A stretch of 64,000 nt of DNA, from the NCBI GenBank assembly GCA_001662655.1, contig KV460247.1; one strand, given 5' to 3'. Source of the DNA: Pseudogymnoascus verrucosus (Eukaryota). The stretch's first letter is position 1. Each line of letters opens with the position of its first letter. Of this stretch, positions 1 through 12,412 are shown in pieces. Under the pieces are notes generated by a model. That model did no database searches and was not told the DNA's origin. It worked only from the letters and a program-made list of their open reading frames with translations. Position numbers and translations under genes: made by a program.

Positions 1-500
1 AGTAGTACTCGGGCAACACTGGTAGCAATAGCGATAGTTAATTATGCTGAAAAATAAGACTTAAATAATATAGCAGCAACATTAAACCTACAGATCCTGC
101 CCCCCTGTTTAAATAAATCCTATCTCTGGTCTTTTTACTGCCTAGTTCTGCGGCTCACCTAATTAAATAAATCCAGCCATGGAATTATTTTCCTTTTATA
201 GTAGCCCCTAACTTCCACACCTTTTATAGGAGATCATGCCTATATTGATATGAAGCTGCAAATTTATAAGTGAAACAAGGAGAGTGAGTACTTATATCAA
301 AATCATTGAAAACAAATCAAAAGTTATAAAGCCTAGAGTTAGGGTTGGGCCCATTATATAATAAGGGTACAGGTGCTATTATAAGCAGTGGATTAAAAAG
401 GTAATCAACGAGAAATCAACTTACTATTATAAACACTGCCTCCTTTAATGTGCCACTTGTCTTGTCAGTCTTATATTTAGTTTTGCTAGCCATTTTATTA
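1..500 (-). pseudogene. RIP-mutated relic of the C-terminal part of a fungal-specific (Zn2Cys6-type) transcription factor, running off the window start
   Basis: AT-rich with excess TAG/TAA/CTA. The minus strand reads ...SGTLKEAVF / intron GTAAGT..TAG / APVPLYIMGPTLTLGFITFDLFSMIL / ...LSLLLPVLPEYY with in-frame stops. It resembles the C-terminus of fungal C6 TFs (recalled, not searched). Confidence 0.4.
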
Positions 501-632
501 AACGATATTTGATATTATTATTATTAAGCCTAGTTTCCATAAAGCATCGATGACTCCAATTTATACAATTAAGGCAACTGCTTCTACTAACTGTGCATGA
601 AGCGGACAATTTGATCCAACGATTAAATCCAT

Positions 633-2422
633 TTAGGATACCTTTTCAAGAACTACTATAGCAGGCCCATTGTATTGCTTCCGGCCCGACCACCAGTAAT
701 ACAGACCTCCTAAAACCAACCACCCCCCCATTACAACCACGCAATAATTCATATTCACCGATGTGACTGGTTGGGAATTAGGAAATGCGCTAAACACCAT
801 GGCAAAGGCGAGCCAGGCGATCGCAATCACATTTATTACCATACCGCCAATTGTCCCTAATGTGAATGGGCCCGGGCGATGACTTCCCGATTTGCGGCCA
901 TAGAGAGTCATGTAGATGATCGGAAGAATATATGAGGCGTATATGCCAAGTATCGCCATGGAGAGGACAGCGTTAAAAGCAGTTGAGCTTCCAAGGTAAA
1001 GGAATCCAAGCAGCATCTGAATCACAGAAATGCAGACGATCATGCGGGTTGGTACAGCGTAACGTTTGTCGACGTGCGCTAGGTAGCCCGAGAATGGGAT
1101 GGCACCATCACGAGCAAAAGCCCACGCAGTTCGAGACGTTGATGTGAGACCCGCAGCGTTCGCTGCCATCGCAATGAACGTGACTGTCAAGGATAATATC
1201 GAAGCCCCAGCTTTACTTTTGGTGACATTCAGAAATAGCTGCATAAAAGGAAACCCTGTTGGTGACAGCAACAACTGATCGAGATCACCAATCGAGAATA
1301 ATAGGATAACGCAGTAACCTAATCCCATAATACCATTCACGATGACACTGCCAACCATTGCTATCGGGACATCGCGGGCTGGATGAGCCATTTCCTCGGC
1401 AAGATGAGTTGCGCTATCGTAGCTAAAATAAGTTAGCATAAATCCACTCGCATTGTTCAGAGAGAGCGAAAGGGCTGCTCTCGGTATCGGCAAGGCTATG
1501 GCCAGGTCTACTTACCCCAGGAACGGATATACAGTACTCAAAAGCCCCACTAGCCAGGAAACGCCGTCGTTTGACCAACCACTTGTGTTCGAATGCTCGG
1601 TGAAGACATAGGAAGCATCGTGTTTAGGGGCCATAATCCCAAGAACGACAACGATTGTGAGAAACGCTACAATGTGAATGACACCTGCTGTCATCAGCCG
1701 CTGATGTGATCAAAAGGCGGATTGGACTTACCAGAGGCCATATTCGTAAGTGGTAAGAGCTTTGATCCCCACAAGTTCAGAGCTAGTGAGTAGGCGAGGA
1801 CTACCCAATAAACGAGCATACCTTGCCACCGCTTCGGGATATAAGAGTCGGGATTGTTCAATGTGATTAATGCTTGTAACTGCAAGGCGGCAGCGAAAGC
1901 AGCCGAAGCAGACAATACAATCTGTCCACCACACGATATCCATCCTGTGAACCATGACGCAGCCTTGCTTGATCGCGATGGAGACAACAGAGCTACCCAG
2001 TGGTATTGGCCTACGCAGGCGTCAATTCTTGCATACGCTCTCAAGTGTTAAACACCTGTGACTACGTACCTCCAGCGGTTGGGTACATCGACGCTATTTC
2101 ACCAAGGGAGCAGGCTACTGCGATGGTCGCAAGAAAGGTTATAATGCTATGAGTGACATAAGAATTGACCTCGAAGTAGATGAATGGAGCGCGGCACTCA
2201 CTAGTTGTAGAACAGGCAAGGCGCACCACCGTTCGTTAGTGCTGTTGCAACGACAGTTGAAAGAGCTTCCCATGTCGCCATCAAGCAGAGACAAAGCGAT
2301 CCGAGAGACCAAACGGAGAACTGATGTCGCAACTCGACATTCTCCATGAGCTCTACCTCAGCCACACTTGGTTTATCCGAAAAAATTCCATGATCCTTCT
2401 CTAATGAGATATCAAGAGACAT
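633..2422 (-). CDS. APC-family amino acid/choline/GABA permease (multi-exon)
   Basis: ATG at 2422 (MSLDISLEK). Exons include ELRHQFSVWSLG, GQYHWVALLSP, SGWSNDGVSWLVGLL, YDSATHLAEE, TSRTAWAFARDG, LGSSTAFNA and MNYCVVV. GT-AG introns; stop TAA at 633-635. Confidence 0.93.
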
Positions 2423-2861
2423 TGCTTTGTAATGGCCAAGCTTGAAGGATGGCCTTATTATATAAAAGGGTGTGTGTAGGTAGTTGATATTCACAAACCG
2501 ATCTCTGTCTAGTGTCCTAGTACTAGTGAGAGCTTTTGACATGAAGATGAGAGATCACTTTATAGCATTCATGTGCTATCAATGGCGGATGTGTTCCGTT
2601 ATGCTCGCTACTGATCAGAAGATCCCGATCTAGAACACGACGAAAGAATTAAGAGTAGCCTTCATAGGCCAACTGGTTTGTTAGTTGACTTGTGCGCGTT
2701 CATGTTCATGGGAATCAAGAATACTCCGATTTCTAATCTTGTTTCAACTTATCCTGTCCATTCTTATAGGAACAAGAAATTGAGTTGATTTGAGTGCCAC
2801 CTTCAAACGTGGACCAAGAGAAAGACCCGCATTGTAGAATTGACGAGAAATGGGTGATGGG

Positions 2862-3216
2862 GTAAATTGCGGGGCAGTAAAGGCTTAGTTCTCAGGCAAG
2901 CAGTTACTGGTCTTACCGAATTGGAGTGCGGGCTCCACTTCGAAGCCTGAATCGCCTTGTTCCGCGATCTGTCATTAGTACTGCGAGACTCCTATCACCC
3001 CTAGACCATCCCCGCTCGTAAGAGGCATGCGGGTGGTGGGGTAAGTTGCGGGGTGGTGAAAGCTTGGATCCTAGGCAAGCAGTTATTGGTCTTAGCGGAA
3101 TTGGAACGCGGGCACTTCTTCGCACCCCGACTCGGCCTTGTTCCGCGATCTGTCATTAATATTATAGAATTCACCCCCCCCATCCCCCCCCAAGACCATC
3201 CTCGCTCACAAGAGGC
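2862..3216. repeat. Diverged tandem duplication (~170-180 bp x2) in the permease/amine oxidase divergent promoter
   Basis: Units start at 2862 and 3041. Shared blocks are TTGCGGGG, AGGCAAGCAGTTA.TGGTCTTA, CCTTGTTCCGCGATCTGTCATTA and AGACCATCC..GCTC..AAGAGGC. Confidence 0.85.
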
Positions 3217-3419
3217 GGCTTCTCTGCGGAGATGCCCCGCTCTGTGAAAGCTTCTCACACCATCTTTAGAGGTATTTAGTTCATAACCTCCAATTACGAC
3301 GGTCGAACAATGAAATTTTGAGCCCTTTAATCGAACAAAAGCACCCCGAGAAACAGTAACGAGAAGCAATTGAGGGCCAAACAGGTGTTGGCCTATTGAC
3401 AATTACAAACTCTACCGAT

Positions 3420-5650
3420 ATGGCACCTCATCCCCTTGACAGCTTAGCTGTCAACGAAATCAACGTCGCGAGACAGGTTATTCTCGATGATTATTCGAAC
3501 GTCGTCATCGATTTCAGAGAGATCTTCCTCCAAGAGCCCAGAAAGGCAGAATTGCAACAATTCCTACACCTAGAGCACACAGGCTGCCTAAGCCCAAGCA
3601 CAAAACGGCCCACCCGATTAGCAACATGTCAGTACGATGTTGTCGGAGCAAACAAGATCCCAGAATTCCATGAGGCTACCATTGACATTAGCAACGAGAT
3701 AATTGTCTGTCGTGAGGTGGTCGACGTGCAACACCACGCAAGTCTAACTCTGTAAGCAATTTCTTCCATTTAGAGTTGACGACCAATGCCAGTCACTCAC
3801 TGACAACGACAAAGCAAGGAGTTTGATGACTTGATTGCAGCTTGCCATGCTTCCCCACTTTACCAGGAAGCGCTGGCTGAATTCATACTGCCAGAAGGCT
3901 TTGAAGTCATCGTCGAGCCGTGGCCATATGGCGGTCTCGATGCCTCCGACAAGAATATGCGCTTCTTCCAAGGTCTCTGCTTCGCCCAAGACAAGCGCTC
4001 AAATAACGAGGATTCTAACTTTTACGGCTATCCGCTCCCATTGATTCCAGTCATGGATGCTCGGACAAAAAAGATTATTAGAATCGATCGCCTCGCAACT
4101 GGCGGTAAAGGAGACAGCCTAAACGGAAAAACGAACTCTAGGAACATTATTAACCACTGTGTACCGTCTGATTATGCCCCTGAGCTACTTCCTAAAGGTA
4201 CGAGGAAGGACCTCAAGGCTTTGAATGTTATTCAACCAGATGGACCGTCTTTCAGAGTCAAAGGTAATTTGATTGAATGGCAGAAATGGAGATTCAGAGT
4301 GGGCTTCAACCCACGTGAAGGGGCAACAATTCACGACGTGCATTACGATGGTCGAAGCATTCTCTATCGTCTCAGTGTTAGTGAAATGGTACGTAAGACA
4401 TCAAATACAGTCAAGCTTGATCTAATGAATTATGTAGACTGTACCATATGCAGATGCTCGGGCTCCTTTCCACCGTAAACAAGCATTTGACTTCGGAGAT
4501 GGCGGTGCTGGAAACTGTGCCAATAACCTCTCCCTAGGATGTGATTGTCTCGGTGTCATTAAGGTAAGCCTGGTAACCTGAGATCCGCAACTCGAGATTA
4601 ACAGATTGACGCAGTATTTTGATGGTGTTATTACAGACTCTGCTGGGCGAGGCAAACTAAGTCCTAATGTGATCTGTCTTCACGAACAGGACAATGGGAT
4701 TGGCTGGAAGCACACGAACTGGAGAACTGGCCGCGCCGTTGTTGCCCGCAACCGCGAGCTCGTCGTTCAATTCATCATCACCTTGGCGAACTATGAGTAC
4801 GTCTTCGCGTATAAGTTCAATCAATCAGGTGGCATTGTAGTCGAAACTCGAGCAACAGGCATTGTTAGTGTCGTTAACATTGACCCTGGCAAAACCAGTG
4901 ATTACGGCAACGTCGTCTCACCAGGAGCACTGGCGCAGAACCACCAACACATATTTGCAGTTCGCATCGACCCGGCCATAGATGGTAACCATAACACAGT
5001 ACTAGAGGAGACCTCGCATCGAGTCCCCATAAATCCTGAGACAAACCCGAACGGGAACTTCTACGAAATTCGCCAGAACATCATCAGAGAATCGCAATGG
5101 CTCGATGCCGCTCCCCAGCATAACCAGGTCATTAAAATGGTGAACCGCAGCAAAAAAAACCCAATCAGTGGAAAGCCAGTAGGCTATAAATTCATGCCAG
5201 CACCGACGCAGCTATTACTTGCTGACCCAAACTCCGTCCAGTCGAAGCGAGCTTTGTTTGCGCACCATCATATCTGGGTCACCAAATACAAGGATGGAGA
5301 GCTGCATGCAGGTGGTAAATATACTTTACAGAGCCAAAAGGAGGTTGGTGGCGTTGCAGACGCTGCTGCCCGCAAGGATGCCGTGGAGGATGACGACATT
5401 GTTGTTTGGAACGTATTTGGTCTCACTCATAATCCTAGGGTTGAAGATTGGCCTGTCATGTGAGCATTCAATGCCTCATAACCTAAAAGTCTCAGCCCCT
5501 GCTAACAGAGAAACTTCTAGGCCAGTGGAAATCCACGAGCTGCACATTAAGCCAGCTGACTTCTTTACCGCCAATCCATCTATTGACGTCCCTTCAAATA
5601 AGAATGTGTCATCCCAATTGGTAGAATCGGAGTGTTGTTCAAGATCATAA
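3420..5650 (+). CDS. Copper amine oxidase (TPQ-dependent), multi-exon
   Basis: MAPHPLDSL start; WQKWRFRVGFNPREG; KQAFDFGDGG (catalytic Asp); TPQ consensus TLANYEY; Cu ligands HQH and H in GLTHNPRVEDWPVM; stop at 5650. Confidence 0.96.
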
Positions 5651-5850
5651 AAAACATGTGTTGTTATGCTTATTATGGTAACCTTGTGTATGCATGTCTA
5701 CTAGTAAGTTCTGTGTCGGTGTCAAGGCATAGATGGGAATTCGAAGTTGCAATGTTAGTACCCGCGAATAATTTTAAAGGTTAATATCAGAGATGCAACG
5801 CAAATTATCCAAAATATTAGAACTGCCACCCTGCACCATATATGTACTAT

Positions 5851-5912
5851 ATATACAACAGTGGGTATTCGCTGGTGGTCACCCACCCAACTACTAATCT
5901 ACCGATCTTAAG
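5851..5912 (-). pseudogene. 5S rRNA pseudogene fragment (3' half only)
   Basis: 59/62 nt identical to 49360-49421. All three differences (5852, 5900, 5909) are CpA->TpA on the + strand. Confidence 0.92.
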
Positions 5913-6073
5913 TAATCCTCCAGATAATAGTTAAATCGGTGCCATCCAGCCTAGTGGGTGAGCCTTGCTACCCTTACCCTTATTTTGTGATCGCGACCAC
6001 CTCGACTACCTCAACCACCTAAAAGTAGGTCTATTTTTTACAACGCGTTGTATCGCGACAGTAGACGCCTACA

Positions 6074-6224
6074 GGTGAGTGAGTGAGCAAGGTGAGCAAG
6101 GTGAGCAAGGTGGGCAAGGTGAGCAAGGTGAGCAAGGTGAGCAAGGTGAGCAGGGTGAGTAGGGTGAGCAGGGTGAGCAGGGTGAGTAAGGTGAGGGTGA
6201 GCTAGATGGGTGAGAAAGGTGAGT
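6074..6224. repeat. 9-bp minisatellite (GGTGAGCAA/GGTGAGCAG)n
   Basis: Direct tandem array visible at 6074-6224; it produces the spurious (HLA/HPA)n ORF on the minus strand. Confidence 0.9.
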
Positions 6225-6259
6225 ACGGCTGAACTAAGAAAATAGTATAAAGAGCTAGT

Positions 6260-7129
6260 CACCCGCTTCCATATTTCAGAGCTTCTGTTTGCATCATCTA
6301 TTTTCTTTTAAGTTATTTGCTACTATAGGGCAGCCAGCCTTTACTCCCAAGGAAACACTTGCTATAGCACAGGGGCGAGGTTTTACTATATAGAGTACAC
6401 TTAATCAACAAAACCAATTAAAGGAGACTAAACAGTCCTATCCTTTGGTTTCGACCACAGTAGGAGCCCATTTAACTGCAAAGTCGAAGCCACACCCTTC
6501 TAATAGGCGTTGAGTCGTTGTCAGGATGAGATGCTGTAGGTTATATAGAATGGATGTCGCAGTGAGGGGACTTTTAATTCCATTTGTATTGGAACTTTAG
6601 GCATAGTTGAATTGGGTAGCGGCAGCGTCTACTTAGGCACTCTAGGCAATTAGTACAGCTAGGTAATTTCGATAGTGGTAACAAACACTCTTCTATATCT
6701 GCATCTTCGTGATACTCATTTACTCTACCTCCTGATACTAGGTCTTTTAGAGCCTCTGCTTTAGAACGTGCCGCCTTATTTTCAAATGCAGCTCGCTGCA
6801 TACTTTGGGATGGTATAGTTTTGGAAGAGCTCTGGAAACGAAATCTTTGCCTGAATATCTGATTTGAAAACACAAAATTCTAGGAGCACCTTGGGAATAT
6901 CCACAGCTTTAGCAGATCCAAAATCCTTGATGAGTGCTCCTAACGAACTTGATTTTTTTTTACTAGCTTCCGGATTCCAAGGCTGCAAACCTGACGTCGG
7001 ATGACTTCTGGTCAGCCGTTTCGGGGCCGCTGCCTTCAATCTCCAAATCGACGTACTTCTTTCTGATTTTGTTATACACGCTGTCGTATATTGTCTCTTG
7101 CATCTAGGTACGTTTTCAACAATCCTCAA
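6260..7129 (-). pseudogene. Frameshifted, stop-interrupted relic of a fungal hypothetical protein (family often mis-annotated 'ubiquinol-cytochrome c reductase cytochrome c1')
   Basis: Fragments LGALIKDFGSAKAVDIPKVLLEFCVFKSDIQAKISFPELF and LQHLILTTTQRLLEGCGFDFAVKWAPTVVETKG*DC lie in different frames. Family recognition is from memory only. Confidence 0.4.
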
Positions 7130-7446
7130 GATGGATGATATGTGTGGGAACGAAGAGGATCAACACAAACGTGTCTCTATCGAAATAAGGCTTATGAAGT
7201 TCACCAGAAACCGCGCAACACTTTTCAATGGTAGTAGTGCCTTTGTGCTCTCTCTTTAACTTTAGTAGAAAAGGAGCTTGTTAGATTTACTTAGATTGAA
7301 ATGATTCTGTAGGCTAGTTATTCAGATTTATACGCATTTGTGGACATTTAATCGAGCCGTGGGGACGTTTTACCTTCGGCAATGCAGGTTGGTATGGACC
7401 AAAGTCGAGTCTGTACTCTGGTAGGGTTTACGATCGAGCGGGAACC

Positions 7447-9083
7447 TCAGCTCCTATGATGCCGCAAGCACGACCACCTCTCATGGAACACCTTCTCCTG
7501 TGCCAGCAAGGCGCTTATATCGTCAGCCGAGTTTTTTCTGCCGGTATAATTACTTCGGCCTTCTATATGCTTTCTCGCAACGCGAAGATTATACGTGCAG
7601 CAAATAGGGAGCAGATCCGCATTCACGAGGTTCTCTCTGTGGCTGCGTGCGACATCGACCATCATCTTCGACGCAGTGTCCAGGGCCAAACGCGAGCTTT
7701 GGGCTATATGCGCTTGGGCATGATCCGTTGATGGCGAACCGATCAAGGCAAGAATGCTCTGGTGTAAAAGAAAAAGTGATCTGTTGAATGTTAGATTCAA
7801 ACGAGAGAAAAGGCACTGCCAACAACAAAATGAGCGTACCTGATCGAAGATGCAACAACACCGCAGTACGTGACCTGCTCCCACGTGTGCACCTCCATGA
7901 TATGTGTGAGAAAGGACTGCACTGTATCATCTAGGCATCTCAGCTCTTGTAGTTTGGATTCGTTGCTGTCCGGAAGTCTGGCAGCACGCGTCACCTCATT
8001 GTGCAGGTACATAGCTTGCGCTTGGCGGCCAAAGGTGCTGATGTGAGTGGCATTTATATTGGATAGTTGGGGGGTATCAAAAGTCTTGGCATTTGGCGGC
8101 TTAGGCTGGAATGGCTGTCCAGGGGTGAGGTCCAATGGCAGGTAGGCGGTTGGTCCTGGGTATTCTGTTGAAGGTTGGCGGCTTCTGTCCAGAGCCTCAA
8201 ATAAAACAATTCTAGTCCTAACTCAGTGGTCTATTATTGCTAGCAAACTATCGTGAGCCTACCTTTCTAGGATCACAACTCCCCACCATACATTCCAAGC
8301 CTCAATTGCTTTGAGTTTCGACATTGGGTCATTATCCGATGTGTTGATGCACTTGTCGAGACCAATACTGTCAGCCATCTTCAGACAGGTTCCCATCGAG
8401 ATGTAAGCGGCAACGGGCCGTCCGCATGCATACTCAAATGCCGAGATGATAATGCTTGCTTGGACCATACGTATCGAGGTTGGGACTATGGCTTGCACTT
8501 GCCCGAATAGCATCTTCACAGTCATATAGAGTGCTTCTGTGGTGACCTGGTTTCCCGGTGTGTGCCCTAGCGAAGCAGCTGGCTCGGGGATTGTAATGAG
8601 GCACATGGTAAGAATGAGAAGCGAGAAGTCTGCTGGTGGCGATGGAGCGAATTGGGCTCTAGCGATCGCCTCTTGGAGAAGAGTGTCCGACAGGACGGGG
8701 AGCCATTTGTGAACACCATTAAAATATCGCTCGCATACTTCATGCACAGTCGTGCTTACAGAGAGTAAGACGAAGTTGACCTGGAAGTCTAGAATTCTGT
8801 TAAGATTGCATTCCGAACTGCTAGAGAGCGAGCACAACTGCGTCAGCAACGGGATGGGGCTCGGGCTGTTGATCCAAGGCCCATACTGCTCCCCGGACCA
8901 CGCAGTCATGCTGGAAAGTGGGGTTGAAAGATCTCTTTTGGCAGAGCCTGTCGTGTCATACTTGCAAACGAGGTCTCTCTTGGTGCAGTACCCGCAATTG
9001 GGCAATCGTTTGTCACAGCCCTTTTTCCGTGCCTTGCAGGTGCTACAGACCTGCGCTGCACGCTCTTTGTCAGGCGAAGCCAT
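7447..9083 (-). CDS. Zn(II)2Cys6 transcription factor with fungal-specific middle domain (3 exons)
   Basis: CSTCKARKKGCDKRLPNCGYCTKRDLVC (Cx2Cx6Cx5Cx2Cx6C); YFNGVHKWLPVL; NVWWGVVILER; introns start at ~8261 and ~7819. Confidence 0.92.
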
Positions 9084-9203
9084 AGCAAAATCTGCTGGTG
9101 CCCGCCTTGAGTTTATGGTCCTCGAGTGGAGCCGCCCTACTACCGCATACCGGCCTTAGAGCGTTTGCCGTGATATGCCGGAAAGCTAAGGAATAAAGGG
9201 GTT

Positions 9204-9383
9204 GGCGGCCGCTGCTACTTAGAATCTGTTAAAGATAATTCGGGTTTTAATTGTAACACCGAAGGCCGAGATAGATGCATTGGATGGCGGCCGCCACTAC
9301 CAATATATATAATCAATTTGGTTATGTCGATGCTGACTGTTGTCTTGAGTCGCATCGTTGACAAATAGGTCCGGCGGCCGCCA
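9204..9383. promoter_or_regulatory. Three GGCGGCCGC(C) palindromes in the TF/MFS bidirectional promoter, probable Zn2Cys6 sites
   Basis: Copies at 9204-9212, 9285-9296 (perfect 12-bp palindrome TGGCGGCCGCCA) and 9373-9383. Confidence 0.6.
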
Positions 9384-9653
9384 TTAAACTAGTAGTAGTT
9401 AGGCTCTGTAGATTACAGGGTACCCGCGCCGCGGAAAATAACTTAGTGTCCCTTGTGCCGAGAGCCCCACACACAGAGATCTTCTCCTGTAAACAAGCTA
9501 CCTCTACCGAACTATAGGCACTCCTCGTCAGTAATCAGTAATTACTAATCATAACGATGAATATAAAATACAGTCTCCCCACTTGCAGTAAGCTGAATCA
9601 TTTTCTTAAACAAGACCAGCATTTGCTGCTTTCCGAAAAATTTCTCCAGGGCA

Positions 9654-11432
9654 ATGGAGTCCACAGACGACTCATTGAGCGACAGCAGCCAGCCTGATTC
9701 GAAAGTAGAATTGCCTCTAACACAGCAGCAGGACGCGGGTTTAGAAAAGAATAAGCCACTTCCGAGCTACTCAGCGCAAAAGGAAGGGGTAGCGCAAGGC
9801 CCAGGTGTCGGTGACAAAGATGCCTACCTCGTCGAGTTTGATGGGGGCGACCCTAACAACCCCATTAACTTCCCCTCCATCTACAAGATATGGCTTGTTC
9901 TCCAAATGAGTATGTTGGCATTTTGTGGTCTTGGGGGGGCGTCAATTATTGCACCGTCAGTGCCAACGGTTGCAGGTTACCTGAACTCTAGCATCGAGGT
10001 TCAAGTTCTGATGATTGCCTTGTTTCTTCTAGGTTGGTATTCTTCACGCCATCATTGATGAACAAATAATTAACTCTCACAGGGTTTTCACTAGGCCCGC
10101 TGGTTTGGGCCCCAATCAGCGAGGTATACGGCCGCAGATGGTCAATGCTTCCTGCGGTCTTTATCTACTGCCTTTTCAGTATTGGAACAGCAACGAGCAC
10201 GGATGCCGCAAGCATTTTTGTCACCCGTTTCTCTGCTGGCATTTTTGGTTCAGCGCCCGTTACCATCGGTCCTGCAGCCTTGGCCGACTTCTTTTCTCCT
10301 CGGACAAGAGGAATAGCAACAGCTTTCTTTGTGACATGCGTGATAGGAGGACCGATCCTTTCTCCAATAATCGGCGCTGCGTTGACTATAAATCCGCACC
10401 TTGGGTGGCGATGTAAGCTGACCATATGGTAAATCAATTTGAAGGGGCTAACTTTACTTTAGGGACAGAGTACATGGAAGCCATTATATCATTTTTTATT
10501 TTTACAATTACGCTCGTTTGTTTGCCAGAGACATACCATCCGGTCTTATTGAAGAGTAAGGCACAAAGTCTACGCAAGACCACTGGAATGGAGCAATATT
10601 GGCACCCGCATGAGAATGAGAAGTTAAATCTCAACAACACTATCACCAAGCATCTAAACCGCCCTTTACTGTAAGCTAACTGTCGAACCTTGGGGTCTGT
10701 ACTTTAATATCTAATTGTAGACGATTAGAATGCTCTTTACTGAACCCATGGTGGCATTAATTTCACTCTATTCGGGGTTTGTATACAGCCTACTCTTCCT
10801 CACTTTAGAAGTTTTCCCAATCGTCTTCGGGGAGCAAAGACAGTACAGTCTCGTTGTGTCCACTCTTCCGTTTTTGGGGATTTTTGTGGGTGTTCTCTGT
10901 GGAACGGCTATCAACATCGGCAACCAGCCATGGTACGCCCGGGCAGTGAAGAAGAATAATGGCCTTGCAGTTCCCGAAGCACGCCTTCCCCCCATGATAC
11001 TCGGTGGTATTTTATTCTCGATTGGGTTATTTTGGTTCGGCTGGACAGCTGCGCCGCGGTTTCATTGGGCGCTACCTGTTGTAGCAGCAGGTAAGTCTCG
11101 TCGTGTTTCGAACCTGTAGCTCTACTAACCACATCATAGGCTTTATTGGCGCTGGATTCAACGTTGTTTTCCAGCAAAGTTTGAACTTCCTCATAGACGC
11201 CTATGGGCCGTTCGCATCGAGTGCAATTGCATCCAACACTTTCTTACGCTCTCTGTTGGCTTGTGCAATGCCCTTGGCTGCGAGGCCAATGTTTCTGAAC
11301 ATGGGAGTTGGTCCCGCAGCAAGTTTATTGGGTGCAATCTCCTGCTTGGCTCTGCCAGTGCCATTCATATTCATAAAGTATAGCTCCCAGTTACGGAAGA
11401 TGTCCAAGTTTACTCCTATGGTGGAAGATTAG
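9654..11432 (+). CDS. MFS multidrug transporter, DHA1 family (multi-exon)
   Basis: VEFDGGDPNNPINF; GPLVWAPISEVYGRR; LGWRW; LPETYHPVLL; MLFTEPMV; PEARLPPM; NFLIDAY; stop at 11432. Confidence 0.94.
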
Positions 11433-12412
11433 GCAGTTTTGACCAAGAGTGAAATGAGTCACATGATTTTTGCGGATTACAGAGGTAATAGTTTAGAGAC
11501 TTCAGAAAATAGAAACCATAGATATATACTATTATACTCATCCCAATTAAATTAATAGATGCTGTGTTATTGAATGAACGCAATAAGTTTTGAAAATTAT
11601 TTGTGAGATCTGATAATTTGATGGGCTTTTCGCCTCTGTTGCTCAAAAACCGACTAATCCAACATCCAACCGTTAACTGACAAACTTATAGTCGCTATAT
11701 AAATCTTTAGTTATAGTTTCTCACCCCCTGGTGCCGGAACTCTAGTTGGATATGTTGCCGCCAGTAGCTATGTTACAAGTCTTGCTGCCTGCGGCGCACA
11801 GTGTCTAGAAACTTCGTGTTGTACAAACACATATTTCATTCAAGGGAAAAATTGCAACCTTGCATTATGGACCGAAGGCTTTCAATAACAATGTTGGGAA
11901 TGACAGGCTTGAAAATCTTTACATTAAGAGACGTGTCCTGTGTAATCGTCAAGGCATGAGAAATATTTGCAAGCTCGCTCGTCAAGAAATTATCACATAG
12001 TTTCCAAGCCCTGCCGCTGGGTTGAGGGAGAGGGGGGGGGATGTGTGGCAATCCGAACCCATCTCCTTTTCTACGCTTTACAACGTCAATCAGACTAATG
12101 CCTTCTAATGTAAGCACCATCCACCGACATGTAACTACATGTATTGAGGCTGAGCTCGAATTCTATAGCCAAGCAAATCTCACCAATTACATTGCGGGTC
12201 TAGAAGAACGTAAATTGCCAGCATAACTATCAAAGAGGTTAGGGTTCGCTTATAAAGCTAACTCCGATGCCGGAGTTGGCTTTATAAGCCAAGTGCGCTT
12301 AGAAACTAACATAAGACATAGCAAATGCCAGGAATCTCGTGCGACAGCCCGGCTGCTATTTATTGAAAATGATTCATATCCGTCTAGTTGTTTCGCCCTA
12401 GACTTCTCCATC

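Noticed and set aside
6038..6262. ORF with (HLA/HPA)n repeats
   Set aside because: It is the translation of a 9-bp minisatellite, with no ATG start or gene context.
5913..7200. Starship captain (DUF3435 tyrosine recombinase) next to the half 5S
   Set aside because: The fragments look like an unrelated hypothetical-protein relic; no recognisable recombinase motifs.
11700..12250. Possible gene relic between the MFS and GNAT genes
   Set aside because: No frame gave a recognisable family motif.
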